The notes beneath the pieces are model-generated. The model saw only the letters and a program-made list of their open reading frames with translations, was not told the origin of the DNA and did no database searches. The position numbers were made by a program, and so were the translations under genes. From an uncultured Ruminococcus sp. (GTDB lineage: Bacteria; Bacillota; Clostridia; Oscillospirales; CAG-272): a DNA stretch of 62,206 bases. The stretch covers positions 1-62,206 of the forward strand of contig CAYWFS010000005.1 of the NCBI GenBank assembly GCA_964457685.1, written 5' to 3'. Of this stretch, positions 9,375-18,567 are shown in pieces (positions within the stretch are counted from its first letter, which is position 1; every line of letters begins with the position of its first letter).

Positions 9375-10160
9375 TTATGAGCCTGTTCCTTTGAAATGGC
9401 GAACTCCTATCTTCCATATAATCATACACGGAATAAGGAATATAACCGAGGAGATAGGTAAAAGCATATACATAACGCTGTCAACTCTGCCGAGGAGAAA
9501 CAAGAGAGGATAATACTGTACAGTTGCAATAGGAATTATAAAAGTATAGAATTTCAAAATCTTTTTTCCGTATATCGAAAACGGATACACACCGAACTCT
9601 CTTGTGCCGTCTGTGAAGATATTCATGAACTCCAGTCCGTCGGTCGAGAAGAAGCATATCGAAGCATAAATGACGAAAAGTCCCGCAAACAATATAACTC
9701 CGCCGAGAATCATAAGTATAAGCGTTACTATCCTTGCTATGTTCCATTCGATTCCGCTTTGAGGAAGAACTACACAAAGAACAACAAGTGCCTGTAAAAA
9801 GCGTCCGATTCGTGAGAACTCTATTCTTGAGCCGATTATCTGTAAAATCAGATTCCGAGGTCTTGTGAGCATTCTTTCAAATTCGCCGTTTGAAATCATT
9901 CGGGGGAATGTGTCAAAACCTCTGAAAAAGCATTCTGCAACAGAAAACGAAATCAGAATCGTGCTATAGCAAACAAGCACTTCACGAACATTGAAGCCTC
10001 CGACGCTGTGAAAACGATTCATCAGAAGTATTATCGATATAAATGCCGCAAAAGATGTCAGAAATTGTCCAAAGGCAGTCATAAGAAACGAAGCCTTGTA
10101 TTGCATGGCACTTCTCAGGTGGATGCTGAAATATTTGAGATATAATTTTATTCCGTTCAT
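9375..10160 (-). CDS. ABC-2 family transporter permease
   Basis: 261 aa with about 6 TM segments. It is the last gene of a 3-gene ABC operon, with near-abutting junctions. Confidence 0.75.
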   Translation of the reverse strand: MNGIKLYLKYFSIHLRSAMQYKASFLMTAFGQFLTSFAAFISIILLMNRFHSVGGFNVREVLVCYSTILISFSVAECFFRGFDTFPRMISNGEFERMLTRPRNLILQIIGSRIEFSRIGRFLQALVVLCVVLPQSGIEWNIARIVTLILMILGGVILFAGLFVIYASICFFSTDGLEFMNIFTDGTREFGVYPFSIYGKKILKFYTFIIPIATVQYYPLLFLLGRVDSVMYMLLPISSVIFLIPCMIIWKIGVRHFKGTGS

Positions 10161-10161
10161 G

Positions 10162-10965
10162 TCAGCCTCCCTGTACGACTATCTTTTTTAAAGATATATT
10201 GAGCCATATTTTACCGACAATCAGCATAACGGCACACCAGAATATCTGAAGCAGGAAGAATATCCACATTTCACTTCCGCTAATATTTCCGCTGTATACT
10301 CTGAACGGAAGATTTTCCATCGCCCCGAACGGAGAAAACTCGAGAAAACGTCTCATAGCATCAGGCATAAATGTCATAGGAACGAGAGCACCGCTGAGAA
10401 AATCAACGAGATTCACGCAGATTAGCTTTACGCCTTTTGAATTAATGGTGTTGCACGACATAATATAAACGAGCATTGTGTATGAGATAACGCAGACAGC
10501 TGACAAAAACATCGAGAAAAGGAATACAACGGCGTTCTCGAAGCTGTGCGGTAACGTCATTCCGTAAGGATAGGGAAGTAATGCCGCAACAATAAGAATC
10601 GGCATACATCTGAGTGCGGCTCTCGAAAGTCTGGACGAAAAGCCACGCATGAACCACATGGAGTAAAGATCTACGGGACGTGCAAGCTCATATGCGATAT
10701 TTCCGTTTTCTATCATATCGAGTATTTCGCCCTCAAACTGCCATGAGTTGAAAAGCGAAAGAAAAGCCTGTCTAAGCCATATGTAGACAGAAAGCTGTGA
10801 AAACTCCATCGGAAAGCTTGACGGATTTGATTCGTATAATGCCTTATATAAGAGAATGTTCAGAAATCCCCACGCAAACTGAGTCGAGATTCCTGCGATT
10901 GCGGCGGCTCTGTACTGGAGACCATTCAAAAACCGCATTCTGAAAAGCGAAAGATATTTTTTCAT
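10162..10965 (-). CDS. ABC-2 family transporter permease
   Basis: 267 aa and polytopic. It overlaps the ATPase gene by 4 nt. Confidence 0.75.
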   Translation of the reverse strand: MKKYLSLFRMRFLNGLQYRAAAIAGISTQFAWGFLNILLYKALYESNPSSFPMEFSQLSVYIWLRQAFLSLFNSWQFEGEILDMIENGNIAYELARPVDLYSMWFMRGFSSRLSRAALRCMPILIVAALLPYPYGMTLPHSFENAVVFLFSMFLSAVCVISYTMLVYIMSCNTINSKGVKLICVNLVDFLSGALVPMTFMPDAMRRFLEFSPFGAMENLPFRVYSGNISGSEMWIFFLLQIFWCAVMLIVGKIWLNISLKKIVVQGG

Positions 10966-11936
10966 ATGTCAAACTCCTTGTAGAGAGAGACAACAAGCTC
11001 CTCCGCACTTGTTCCTTCAACTGACAGGTCGGATATTTCCGCTTTTTTCGATATATACTCGATTGCGGCGGAGATACTAAGGACTGATATATCCACCGTA
11101 CAGATTGCGTGCATTGGAGAGGGACGGCTTACAGTCATTCCTTGACATTCAACTACTTCGCCTGAGGAATATTCAAGCTTTATTCGTCTCTTTGAAGAGC
11201 GTTTGGCTTTAAGTTCATCGAGTTTTCCGTCAAGAAGTATTTTTCCGTCCCCTATCAGAAGTATTCGATTTGTAAGAGCTTCTATATCCTGCATATCGTG
11301 CGTGGTAAGGATAACGGTCGTTCCATGCTCACGGTTCAGCTTTTTTACAAACTCACGAACCGCTATTTTCGAGACCGCGTCAAGACCGATAGTCGGCTCA
11401 TCAAGGAAAAGAACCGACGGAGAATGAAGCAGGGAGGCGGCAATTTCACATCGCATTCGCTGACCGAGGGAGAGCTGTCTTGTAGGAGTTTTCAGTATTT
11501 CCTCGATTTTCAGTGAAGAAGTAAGCTCATCGAGATTGCTTTTGTATGTTACGTCATCTATTTTGTATATGTCACGAAGCAATTCAAACGAATCAATGAC
11601 GGGAACATCCCACCAAAGCTGTGAACGCTGACCGAACACTACACCGATTCTCGAAACGTGTCGAGTTCTGTCTTTCCACGGAGTCAAGCCGTTTATGACG
11701 CATTTTCCGCTGTCGGGGGTCAAGATTCCGCTCATTATCTTTATCGTACTGCTCTTTCCCGCACCGTTCGGACCGATATAGCCGACCATTTCTCCGTCAT
11801 CTATTTTGAAAGAAACATCGGACAGTGCGTTTACCGTTGTGTATTCTCTTTTGAAGAACGCTCGTATAGCTTCATTCATACCGGAATTTCTTTTTGACAC
11901 ACGGAATGTTTTGTTTATGCCTTCAAGCTCGATCAT
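10962..11936 (-). CDS. ABC transporter ATP-binding protein
   Basis: 324 aa. Walker A GPNGAGKSS, signature LSLGQRMR and Walker B LFLDEPT are present, plus a C-terminal extra domain. Confidence 0.9.
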   Translation of the reverse strand: MIELEGINKTFRVSKRNSGMNEAIRAFFKREYTTVNALSDVSFKIDDGEMVGYIGPNGAGKSSTIKIMSGILTPDSGKCVINGLTPWKDRTRHVSRIGVVFGQRSQLWWDVPVIDSFELLRDIYKIDDVTYKSNLDELTSSLKIEEILKTPTRQLSLGQRMRCEIAASLLHSPSVLFLDEPTIGLDAVSKIAVREFVKKLNREHGTTVILTTHDMQDIEALTNRILLIGDGKILLDGKLDELKAKRSSKRRIKLEYSSGEVVECQGMTVSRPSPMHAICTVDISVLSISAAIEYISKKAEISDLSVEGTSAEELVVSLYKEFDI

Positions 11937-11973
11937 AATTGTTCACCGCCTTTTATATAAAAAATGGACGTTT

Positions 11974-12002
11974 ATTATATCACAGTGAATGAATATTGTC
12001 AA
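11974..12002 (-). promoter_or_regulatory. Sigma-A type promoter of the ABC-2 operon (TTGACA-17-TATAAT)
   Basis: Minus strand reads TTGACAatattcattcactgtgaTATAAT. It is a perfect consensus about 38 nt upstream of the ATPase ATG. Confidence 0.7.
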
Positions 12003-12033
12003 TGAAATTTGTAAAATTTTCGCAAAATTTCTG

Positions 12034-12080
12034 AAAAAATGACCTCGCAGAGTCTGAGTGAAATTAAACTCTGTGAGGTC
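12034..12080 (-). terminator. Intrinsic terminator of the AMP-ligase gene
   Basis: Minus strand reads GACCTCACAGAGT, a loop, ACTCTGCGAGGTC and then ATTTTTT. It starts 8 nt after the stop codon. Confidence 0.8.
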
Positions 12081-12088
12081 GATTTAAT

Positions 12089-13723
12089 TTATCTTGTTGT
12101 TTGAGCTTCTACAAGTGATACACCGCAGTAAATCTCTCTGAGCTTCGGTTTTTCTATCTTTCCTGTGGGATTACGGGGAACAGTTGCAAAAATCACCTTT
12201 TTCGGACGCTTGTAACGGGGAAGTGCAAGGCAGAACTCGTTGATTTCTTCTTCGGTTGCATTCACTTCGGGTTTCAGCTCGATTATTGCCGCCGCAATTT
12301 CGCCGAGTCTTTCATCGGGGAGACCGATTACTGCAACATCCTTGATTTTTTCATTCTGTCTGAGAAAATCTTCAATCTGAACCGGGTAGAGGTTTTCGCC
12401 GCCTGTGATTATAACGTCTTTTTTGCGGTCTACAAGGTATATAAAGCCATCGCTGTCACGTTTAGCCATGTCGCCCGTATAGAGCCAGCCGTTTTTGAGT
12501 ATCTCGTTTGTAGCTTCTTCGTTTTTGTAGTAGCATTTCATGACACCGGGACCCTTTACGATAAGCTCGCCGACTTCTTCGGTATCACAGCTGTGACCAT
12601 CGGGTGCAACTATATCTGCATCCCAGAGATAACCGGGAACACCTATAGCACCAACCTTGTCGATATTATCTACGCCGAGATGCACGCAACCGGGTCCTAT
12701 GGATTCGGATAAACCGTAGTTTGTATCATATTTGTGGTTCGGGAATACCGCTTTCCAACGCTTGATAAGAGACGGCGGAACAGGCTGTGCTCCGATGTGC
12801 ATAAGTCTCCACTGGGATATTCTGTAATTTTCGAGGTTGATATCGCCTCTTTCGATAGCGTCAAGTATATCCTGAGCCCACGGCACGAGAAGCCATACTA
12901 TTGTAGCTTTTTCTTCCGAAACGGCACGAAGAATCCACTCGGGGGAAACTCCCTTTAAAATTACCGCACGGCTGCCACTGAGAAGACTTCCGAACCAGTG
13001 CATCTTTGCTCCCGTATGATAAAGCGGAGGGATACAAAGGAACACGTCATCTCTTGTCTGACCGTGATGATTCTGTTCTGTACGACATGAATTGATAAGA
13101 GAACGGTGAGCGTGCAGAATAGCTTTGGGGAAGCCGGTAGTACCCGAGGAGAAATATATTGCGGCATCGTCATCCTCTTCAAGTTCAACGGCGGGAGCTA
13201 CGGTGGAGCAGTATGTAACAAGCTTGTTGTAGTTGCTTGCAAAATCGGGAGTGTTGTCACCGACAAAGAAGTAGTTCTTCACGAGAGGCATATCGAGGAA
13301 TACGTTTGATACACGTTCTGTAAATTCGGGACCGAAAACAAGAACGGACACATCAGCAAGCTCACAGCAGTATTTGATTTCGTCGGAGGAGTAGCGATAG
13401 TTCATGGGAACGGCAAGAGCACCCGTTTTCAGAATACCGAAGTAAATCGGGAGCCATTCAATGCAGTTCATGAGAAGGATAGCTACCTTGTCACCCTTTT
13501 CAACACCACGAGTCTTGAGAAGATTTGCGAAGCAGTTTGCCTTTGTGTCAAATTCTCTCCATGTCATTTCACGGCGATATTTTCCACCGGGAGCCGTTTC
13601 AATAAGAGAATATTCACGCCACGGAAGATTTACATCGGGCTGATTAGCGGGATTTATTTCAACAAGAGCCACATCATCGGGATACAGCTTTGCGTTTTTT
13701 TCGAGAAGATCGGTAATTACCAT
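12089..13723 (-). CDS. AMP-forming acyl-CoA synthetase/ligase (class I adenylate-forming, FadD-like)
   Basis: Motifs YFSSGTTGFPKA, NYGLSES, YTGDMAKRDSDGFIYLVDRKKDVIITGGENLYP and PTGKIEKPKL are present. The start is set to the ATG at 13723 (MVITDLL...), 8 nt after GGAGA. The track start at 13786 is a TTG inside the T-box terminator loop. Confidence 0.85.
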   Translation of the reverse strand: MVITDLLEKNAKLYPDDVALVEINPANQPDVNLPWREYSLIETAPGGKYRREMTWREFDTKANCFANLLKTRGVEKGDKVAILLMNCIEWLPIYFGILKTGALAVPMNYRYSSDEIKYCCELADVSVLVFGPEFTERVSNVFLDMPLVKNYFFVGDNTPDFASNYNKLVTYCSTVAPAVELEEDDDAAIYFSSGTTGFPKAILHAHRSLINSCRTEQNHHGQTRDDVFLCIPPLYHTGAKMHWFGSLLSGSRAVILKGVSPEWILRAVSEEKATIVWLLVPWAQDILDAIERGDINLENYRISQWRLMHIGAQPVPPSLIKRWKAVFPNHKYDTNYGLSESIGPGCVHLGVDNIDKVGAIGVPGYLWDADIVAPDGHSCDTEEVGELIVKGPGVMKCYYKNEEATNEILKNGWLYTGDMAKRDSDGFIYLVDRKKDVIITGGENLYPVQIEDFLRQNEKIKDVAVIGLPDERLGEIAAAIIELKPEVNATEEEINEFCLALPRYKRPKKVIFATVPRNPTGKIEKPKLREIYCGVSLVEAQTTR

Positions 13724-13761
13724 TGTTTTTGTCTCCATTTGTTGAGTATATATTTCGGCGG

Positions 13762-14035
13762 AAAACAAAAAGTCCCCTGCCGACAAAACAGCAGAGGACG
13801 GATATACCGTGTTACCACCTCAGTTTACCATACCCTCACGAGTACAGCCTCAGTAGGCACTGATTATGCCCTGATATTATAACGTATATCAAACGTCACA
13901 GCCTACGCAGAAAAAATCCTTCGGTGTGCTGCTACGGAAATGTATTCACGCATACGGTATTCATTGGCTTGCACCGACCGCCAACTCTCTGAGAAATCGA
14001 ACACGCTACTCTTTTTCCATCATCGCATTTCAATA
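13762..14035 (-). promoter_or_regulatory. T-box riboswitch leader with specifier UAC (tyrosine)
   Basis: Minus strand shows a GA/K-turn base (AUGCGAUGAUGGAAA...UUUCCGUAGCA), an AGAGA box and distal loop (CAGAGAGUUGGCGGUCGGUGCAAGCCAA), and the specifier loop GAAUACA (UAC = 13942-13944). It also has the T-box GAGGUGGUAACACGG (about 13807-13821) and a competing terminator GUCCUCUGCUG/CGGCAGGGGAC plus U-tract (13762-13799). Confidence 0.85.
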
Positions 14036-14042
14036 CACAGAT

Positions 14043-14071
14043 ATAATATCACTTTTTGTTTGATTTGTCAA
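14043..14071 (-). promoter_or_regulatory. Promoter of the T-box leader (TTGACA-17-TATTAT)
   Basis: Minus strand reads TTGACAaatcaaacaaaaagtgaTATTAT. It starts about 12 nt after the hisS stop codon. Confidence 0.7.
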
Positions 14072-14082
14072 GGGATTTTGCA

Positions 14083-15315
14083 TTATTCGCCGAAATACTT
14101 GGCTTCTTCCTGCGACATTACACGACAACCGCAGAATCCGCTTTCCTCGAGCTTTGAGAACAGCTTTCCGAGCTTTTTAACGGATTTATAAAGAGCAACA
14201 TCGTATTCGCCTCTCATGGAATCCGCAAGCTTGAGTGCGTCTGTGAAATTGTCATCGTCATAGATAACGGCAAATTTCTTTTTCTGAGTGGGAATCTGAT
14301 ATTTCTGTTCGAGAAGAATAGCACAAAGTCTTTCAAATCCGATTGAGAATCCTACAGCGGGAATGCTTTCGCCGAGGAACTTACCGATGAGGTTGTCATA
14401 GCGACCGCCACCGCCGATAGCACCCTTGAAGTCGGGACTGGAAATCTCGAAAACAGTGCCTGTGTAGTAGCCCTGACCACGAACAAGAGTCATGTCGTAG
14501 GTTACTTCAAATCCGTCTGCGAGAGAGTTGGAAGCATCCATGATACGTCTGAGGTTGTCGATACAATCGAGCTTTCCGCAGAGTTTTTCGGCATCATCGA
14601 GAGTGAAAGGTGTTACTCCGATTGCGGAGATAAGCTTTTCTACAACAGCGGAGTCAAAGCCCTTTTCGAGAAGCTCTGCTTTTACGCCGTCGAATCCGAT
14701 TTTGTCGAGCTTGTCGAGGGAAATACAAACGGAATCGCAGGCATTTTCTTCAAATCCCGCACCCATGATTATAGCCTTGAGAAGTCTTCTGTCGTTGATT
14801 CTTATGCCGAATCTTGAGAAGCCTATGTTGTGGAGAGCCTTTGCGGTGGTTGTGATAAGCTCTACTTCTGCTGTCCATGAATCCGAACCGATTATATCAA
14901 TGTCGCACTGGTAGAACTCACGCATTCTGCCTTTCTGAGGACGTTCCGCACGATAAACTCTGTCTATCTGAATGACCTTAAAGGGATTTGCAAGCTTTGC
15001 ACGATTATTTGCATAGTAACGTGTGAGGGGGAGTGTAAGGTCATAGCGAAGACCCATGTCGGCAATATCCTTTTCGTTGCCGGAAGAAATAGCCTCCTCG
15101 AGCTTTTCACCACGCTTCATTATCTTAAAAATAAGATTGAGGTTTTCGCCGCCGTCGCTTTTGTCGAGGTTTTCTATGTCTTCGATAATGGGAGTTGAGA
15201 TTCTTTCAAATCCGCAGGAGCGGTATGTTTCAAGGATACTGCTTTGCAGATAGTCTCTGATAAGCACCTCGCCCGGAAGAAAATCCGAGGTTCCTTTTAC
15301 GGGAGTAATTTTCAT
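14083..15315 (-). CDS. hisS: Histidine--tRNA ligase
   Basis: 410 aa class II aaRS. N-terminal GTSDFLP, motif 2 region REFYQCDIDIIG and motif 3 GGGGRYDNLIGKF are present. Confidence 0.85.
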   Translation of the reverse strand: MKITPVKGTSDFLPGEVLIRDYLQSSILETYRSCGFERISTPIIEDIENLDKSDGGENLNLIFKIMKRGEKLEEAISSGNEKDIADMGLRYDLTLPLTRYYANNRAKLANPFKVIQIDRVYRAERPQKGRMREFYQCDIDIIGSDSWTAEVELITTTAKALHNIGFSRFGIRINDRRLLKAIIMGAGFEENACDSVCISLDKLDKIGFDGVKAELLEKGFDSAVVEKLISAIGVTPFTLDDAEKLCGKLDCIDNLRRIMDASNSLADGFEVTYDMTLVRGQGYYTGTVFEISSPDFKGAIGGGGRYDNLIGKFLGESIPAVGFSIGFERLCAILLEQKYQIPTQKKKFAVIYDDDNFTDALKLADSMRGEYDVALYKSVKKLGKLFSKLEESGFCGCRVMSQEEAKYFGE

Positions 15316-15350
15316 TTTAAGTATTTCCTTTATCGTTCTTTTAATGAATT

Positions 15351-15379
15351 ATTATATAATATTTTTCTTTATTTGTCAA
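15351..15379 (-). promoter_or_regulatory. Promoter of hisS (TTGACA-17-TATAAT)
   Basis: Minus strand reads TTGACAaataaagaaaaatattaTATAAT. The leader is short, so there is no room for a T-box before hisS. Confidence 0.65.
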
Positions 15380-15399
15380 GTAATGCGTTGAAGTGAGGG

Positions 15400-16803
15400 T
15401 CAATCCTCGTGCGGCTTTTTTACGTTTTCCGTAGCAAGTAGCTTCAGAGCATCATATATTCCGGTGAGAGGTACTATTTCAATGCCGTCGGGTGTATTTT
15501 TTATATGGGAACGCTTAGGCATTGCTATTCTGGTAAAGCCGAGTCTGTATGCTTCGTTGAGGCGTTGTTCTGCCGAGGATACGGAACGAAATTCACCCGA
15601 CAGACCCACTTCGCCGAAAGCAATGATGTTATCGGGAACGGGAATATCTCTCAGGGATGAAATCATTGCAAGGCATACGGCGGCATCTATTGCGGGTTCG
15701 TCAAGTCGCAGACCGCCTATTACGTTTAGATATACGTCACATGATGAAAATTTCAGTCCGAGACGTTTTTCAAGCACGGCGAGAAGCAGGCACATTCGGT
15801 TGTAATCAACACCGTTTGATGTTCTGCGAGGGGAGGGGAAGACCGTTGGGGTTACGAGAGCCTGTATTTCCGCAATCAAAGGACGGCTGCCTTCCATTAT
15901 ACAGACGGCACAGCTTCCGCTTACTCCCGTGGGACGTTCTTCGAGAAGCATTGCGGACGGATTTGCGACTTCTTCAAGACCGTCTTCACACATTTCAAAG
16001 ACACCTATTTCATTTGTGGAGCCGAAGCGGTTCTTTATCGCACGGATGATTCTGTGGGACTGTCTTCTGTCGCCCTCGAAATACAGCACAGCGTCTACCA
16101 TATGCTCAAGCACCTTAGGACCTGCTATGCCACCTTCCTTATTGACATGACCGACAATAACTACAGACGTACCGTTTGTTTTCGCCCGTTCAATAAGCAA
16201 AGACGCACATTCTCTGACCTGAGTTACACTTCCGCTCATTGAGGACGAGGCTTCCGTATACATTGTCTGGATTGAATCGACAATCATTATATCGGGCTTT
16301 ATCCTGTCAAATTCGGCAAGAATGTCCGTAATGTCTGTTTCGGTGAGAACATAAACAAATTCAGCATTTACACCGAGTCTGTCGGCACGCATTTTCAGCT
16401 GAACCTTTGATTCTTCTCCCGATACATACAGCACCTTGCAGGAGTCGCCTATCTGACCGCACAGTTGCATAAGCAGTGTTGATTTTCCGATACCGGGTTC
16501 ACCTGCGAGAAGAACAACGGAGCCTTCCACCATTCCTCCGCCGAGAACACGGTCAAGCTCTCCGATACCGGTGCTGTGACGTAGGTAGTCTGGCATTGTA
16601 AATTCACCGAATTTTCTTGCCTGTTCACGGTCTTTTGAGAGACGGATGGATGAAGAAGAGCCTTTCGATGAACCTGATTTTGCGGGAGTCTGATAATTTT
16701 CCTCTACAAATGTGTTCCATGCACCGCAGTTTGGGCATTTACCGAGCCATTTTGAGCTTTGGTGGTCGCATTCACTGCAAACATAGACTGTTTTTACTTT
16801 CAT
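15400..16803 (-). CDS. radA: DNA repair protein RadA/Sms
   Basis: 467 aa. It has a zinc finger (CSECDHQSSKWLGKCPNCGAWNT), Walker A GEPGIGKST, the KNRFG motif and a Lon-like C-terminal domain. Confidence 0.95.
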   Translation of the reverse strand: MKVKTVYVCSECDHQSSKWLGKCPNCGAWNTFVEENYQTPAKSGSSKGSSSSIRLSKDREQARKFGEFTMPDYLRHSTGIGELDRVLGGGMVEGSVVLLAGEPGIGKSTLLMQLCGQIGDSCKVLYVSGEESKVQLKMRADRLGVNAEFVYVLTETDITDILAEFDRIKPDIMIVDSIQTMYTEASSSMSGSVTQVRECASLLIERAKTNGTSVVIVGHVNKEGGIAGPKVLEHMVDAVLYFEGDRRQSHRIIRAIKNRFGSTNEIGVFEMCEDGLEEVANPSAMLLEERPTGVSGSCAVCIMEGSRPLIAEIQALVTPTVFPSPRRTSNGVDYNRMCLLLAVLEKRLGLKFSSCDVYLNVIGGLRLDEPAIDAAVCLAMISSLRDIPVPDNIIAFGEVGLSGEFRSVSSAEQRLNEAYRLGFTRIAMPKRSHIKNTPDGIEIVPLTGIYDALKLLATENVKKPHED

Positions 16804-16872
16804 GGGTTTATTCCTTGATTTATTTTAGCATACTATATTATACCGCAGTTTCGTGGTAATATCAAGTGCAAA

Positions 16873-17607
16873 TCATTTGTTAAGCAGTGTATATTCCATG
16901 CAGGAGGCAAAAATAACCGCCGCCGTTTTTTCACGGTATTCAGAGGTTTTGAGCAGGGCAAGCTCATCGGGACAAGACATAAATCCGCATTCAACCAGAA
17001 CTGCCGGTACGCTTATCCGTTTCAAAATGTAGATTGCATTTGTTGCACGCTTCGTTTCACGCATATTTTCGGGGTCAAGATATTTCATGGCATAAGCTCT
17101 GATAACCTCTGCCGCTTTTTCGCTTTCGCTTGTATTCGGTGAATAATATACCTGGAGTCCCTTGTACTGCGGCTGAGTGAATTTGTTCATGTGAATGCTG
17201 ACGTACAACATTGGAGAGCTTTCTTCACCTATCCGCAGACGATTTCGCAGGTCGTAGGTTTTCTTTTTACCACTGTAATTCTCAAATTCGTTGTAGTAGT
17301 CGTAAAGAAGCCTGTCATCACTTCTTGTCAGCTTTACTTTCACGTTGAATATCGTGCATAGGTCGGCGATACAGCTTGTTATATCGAGATTCAAGTCTTT
17401 TTCGAGAGTTCCGTCAACCTCTGCTCCTCCGTCTTCACCGCCATGTCCCGAATCCAACACAAAAACATATCCGTCATCAACCTCAGCGTTTACAACAGAA
17501 TCCGCAACTATGCTGTCGTAGGTATTCTTGCCGATTATAAGAGACGCACTCATGAAAAGAAAAGCAAAAATAAAGAAATTCAGAGCAGCGTGTATTTCCT
17601 GCTTCAT
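16873..17607 (-). CDS. N-acetylmuramoyl-L-alanine amidase (Amidase_3, CwlD-like) with an N-terminal membrane anchor
   Basis: Zn ligand contexts DSGHGGEDGGA and VSIHMN, plus ECGFMSCPDE. The start is set to the ATG at 17607, 6 nt after GAGG. Confidence 0.8.
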   Translation of the reverse strand: MKQEIHAALNFFIFAFLFMSASLIIGKNTYDSIVADSVVNAEVDDGYVFVLDSGHGGEDGGAEVDGTLEKDLNLDITSCIADLCTIFNVKVKLTRSDDRLLYDYYNEFENYSGKKKTYDLRNRLRIGEESSPMLYVSIHMNKFTQPQYKGLQVYYSPNTSESEKAAEVIRAYAMKYLDPENMRETKRATNAIYILKRISVPAVLVECGFMSCPDELALLKTSEYREKTAAVIFASCMEYTLLNK

Positions 17608-17666
17608 AACAGACCTCGCATAAGAATTGTTTTGCAATATAATATGCACGCTCCAATTACGGTATG

Positions 17667-17766
17667 AAAAAAGACCTCGACGGTCGATGATGTTACCTCC
17701 AAATCGTTAGATTCTTTGTCTGACTTTTTGGGGGGATGCGGTTCATCTTTCGTCGAAGTCTTTTTG
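17667..17766 (-). repeat. Copy B of the nested-hairpin repeat (core 17695-17735, inverted relative to copies A, C and D)
   Basis: The outer stem AGACCTCGACG/CGTCGAAGTCT carries flanking A and T tracts. The plus strand reads ACCTCCAAATCGTTAGATTCTTTGTCTGACTTTTTGGGGGG, which is the reverse complement of the core family. Confidence 0.7.
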
Positions 17767-17773
17767 TTGATTA

Positions 17774-18505
17774 TCAGTAAGATGTGATAGTACGCTTTGT
17801 ACCGCCGATGTAGTCTCTTTCGAGGGAGAGAACACCGTTATCCATACGGAAGATACGGTCTGCGTGGTCGGCAATGGAGAGGTCGTGAGTTACCATGATA
17901 AGTGTCTGACCCATTTCCTCTCTTGTCTTGAGAAGAAGCTTAAGAACTTCGTCTGCGTTCTTTCTGTCGAGGTTTCCTGTAGGCTCATCGGCGAACACGA
18001 TATCGGGCATATTGATAAGGGCACGTGCGATGGCAACTCTCTGCTGCTGACCACCTGAAAGCTCGGAGGGGAGGTGGTTCAGACGCTCGGTAAGCTGAAG
18101 TGTTTCAACGAGACGACGGAGTGTTTCCTGATAAGAAAGCTCGGACTTGTTACACATCATTGTGGGAATGAGGATGTTTTCGAGAGCTGTGAACTGAGGA
18201 ATGAGGTTGTGTCTCTGGAAGATGAAGCCTGTGTTCATTCCGCGGAAACGGCTAAGCTCATCTGCTGACATTTTTGTAATATCCTGACCGCGGATAAGAA
18301 CACGACCTGCGTCTGCGGAGTCAAGACCTGCACAAATGTGGAGGAATGTGGACTTACCTGAACCGGATGTACCGATGATTGCAACGAATTCGCCGGGTTC
18401 TACCTTTATACTAACTCTGTTTACAGCTGTAATAACCGTATCATACTGCTTGTACTGCTTGATAACGCTTTCGGTTTGCAGCATATATTCTATTGTATCT
18501 GCCAT
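17774..18505 (-). CDS. ABC transporter ATP-binding protein (MacB/LolD/FtsE-like)
   Basis: 243 aa with Walker [10 protein letters not shown], signature [15 protein letters not shown] and Walker B VFADEPT. Confidence 0.9.
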   Translation of the reverse strand: MADTIEYMLQTESVIKQYKQYDTVITAVNRVSIKVEPGEFVAIIGTSGSGKSTFLHICAGLDSADAGRVLIRGQDITKMSADELSRFRGMNTGFIFQRHNLIPQFTALENILIPTMMCNKSELSYQETLRRLVETLQLTERLNHLPSELSGGQQQRVAIARALINMPDIVFADEPTGNLDRKNADEVLKLLLKTREEMGQTLIMVTHDLSIADHADRIFRMDNGVLSLERDYIGGTKRTITSY

Positions 18506-18567
18506 TTATGTATCCTGACCTTTCACGAATTATTCGAAATATGGTTGATTTAGATGTAATTTTGTTA

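Noticed and set aside
13940-14191. 83-aa plus-strand ORF in the hisS/ligase intergenic region.
   Set aside because: It overlaps the minus-strand T-box leader, its promoter and the hisS 3' end. The T-box explains the sequence conservation features better.
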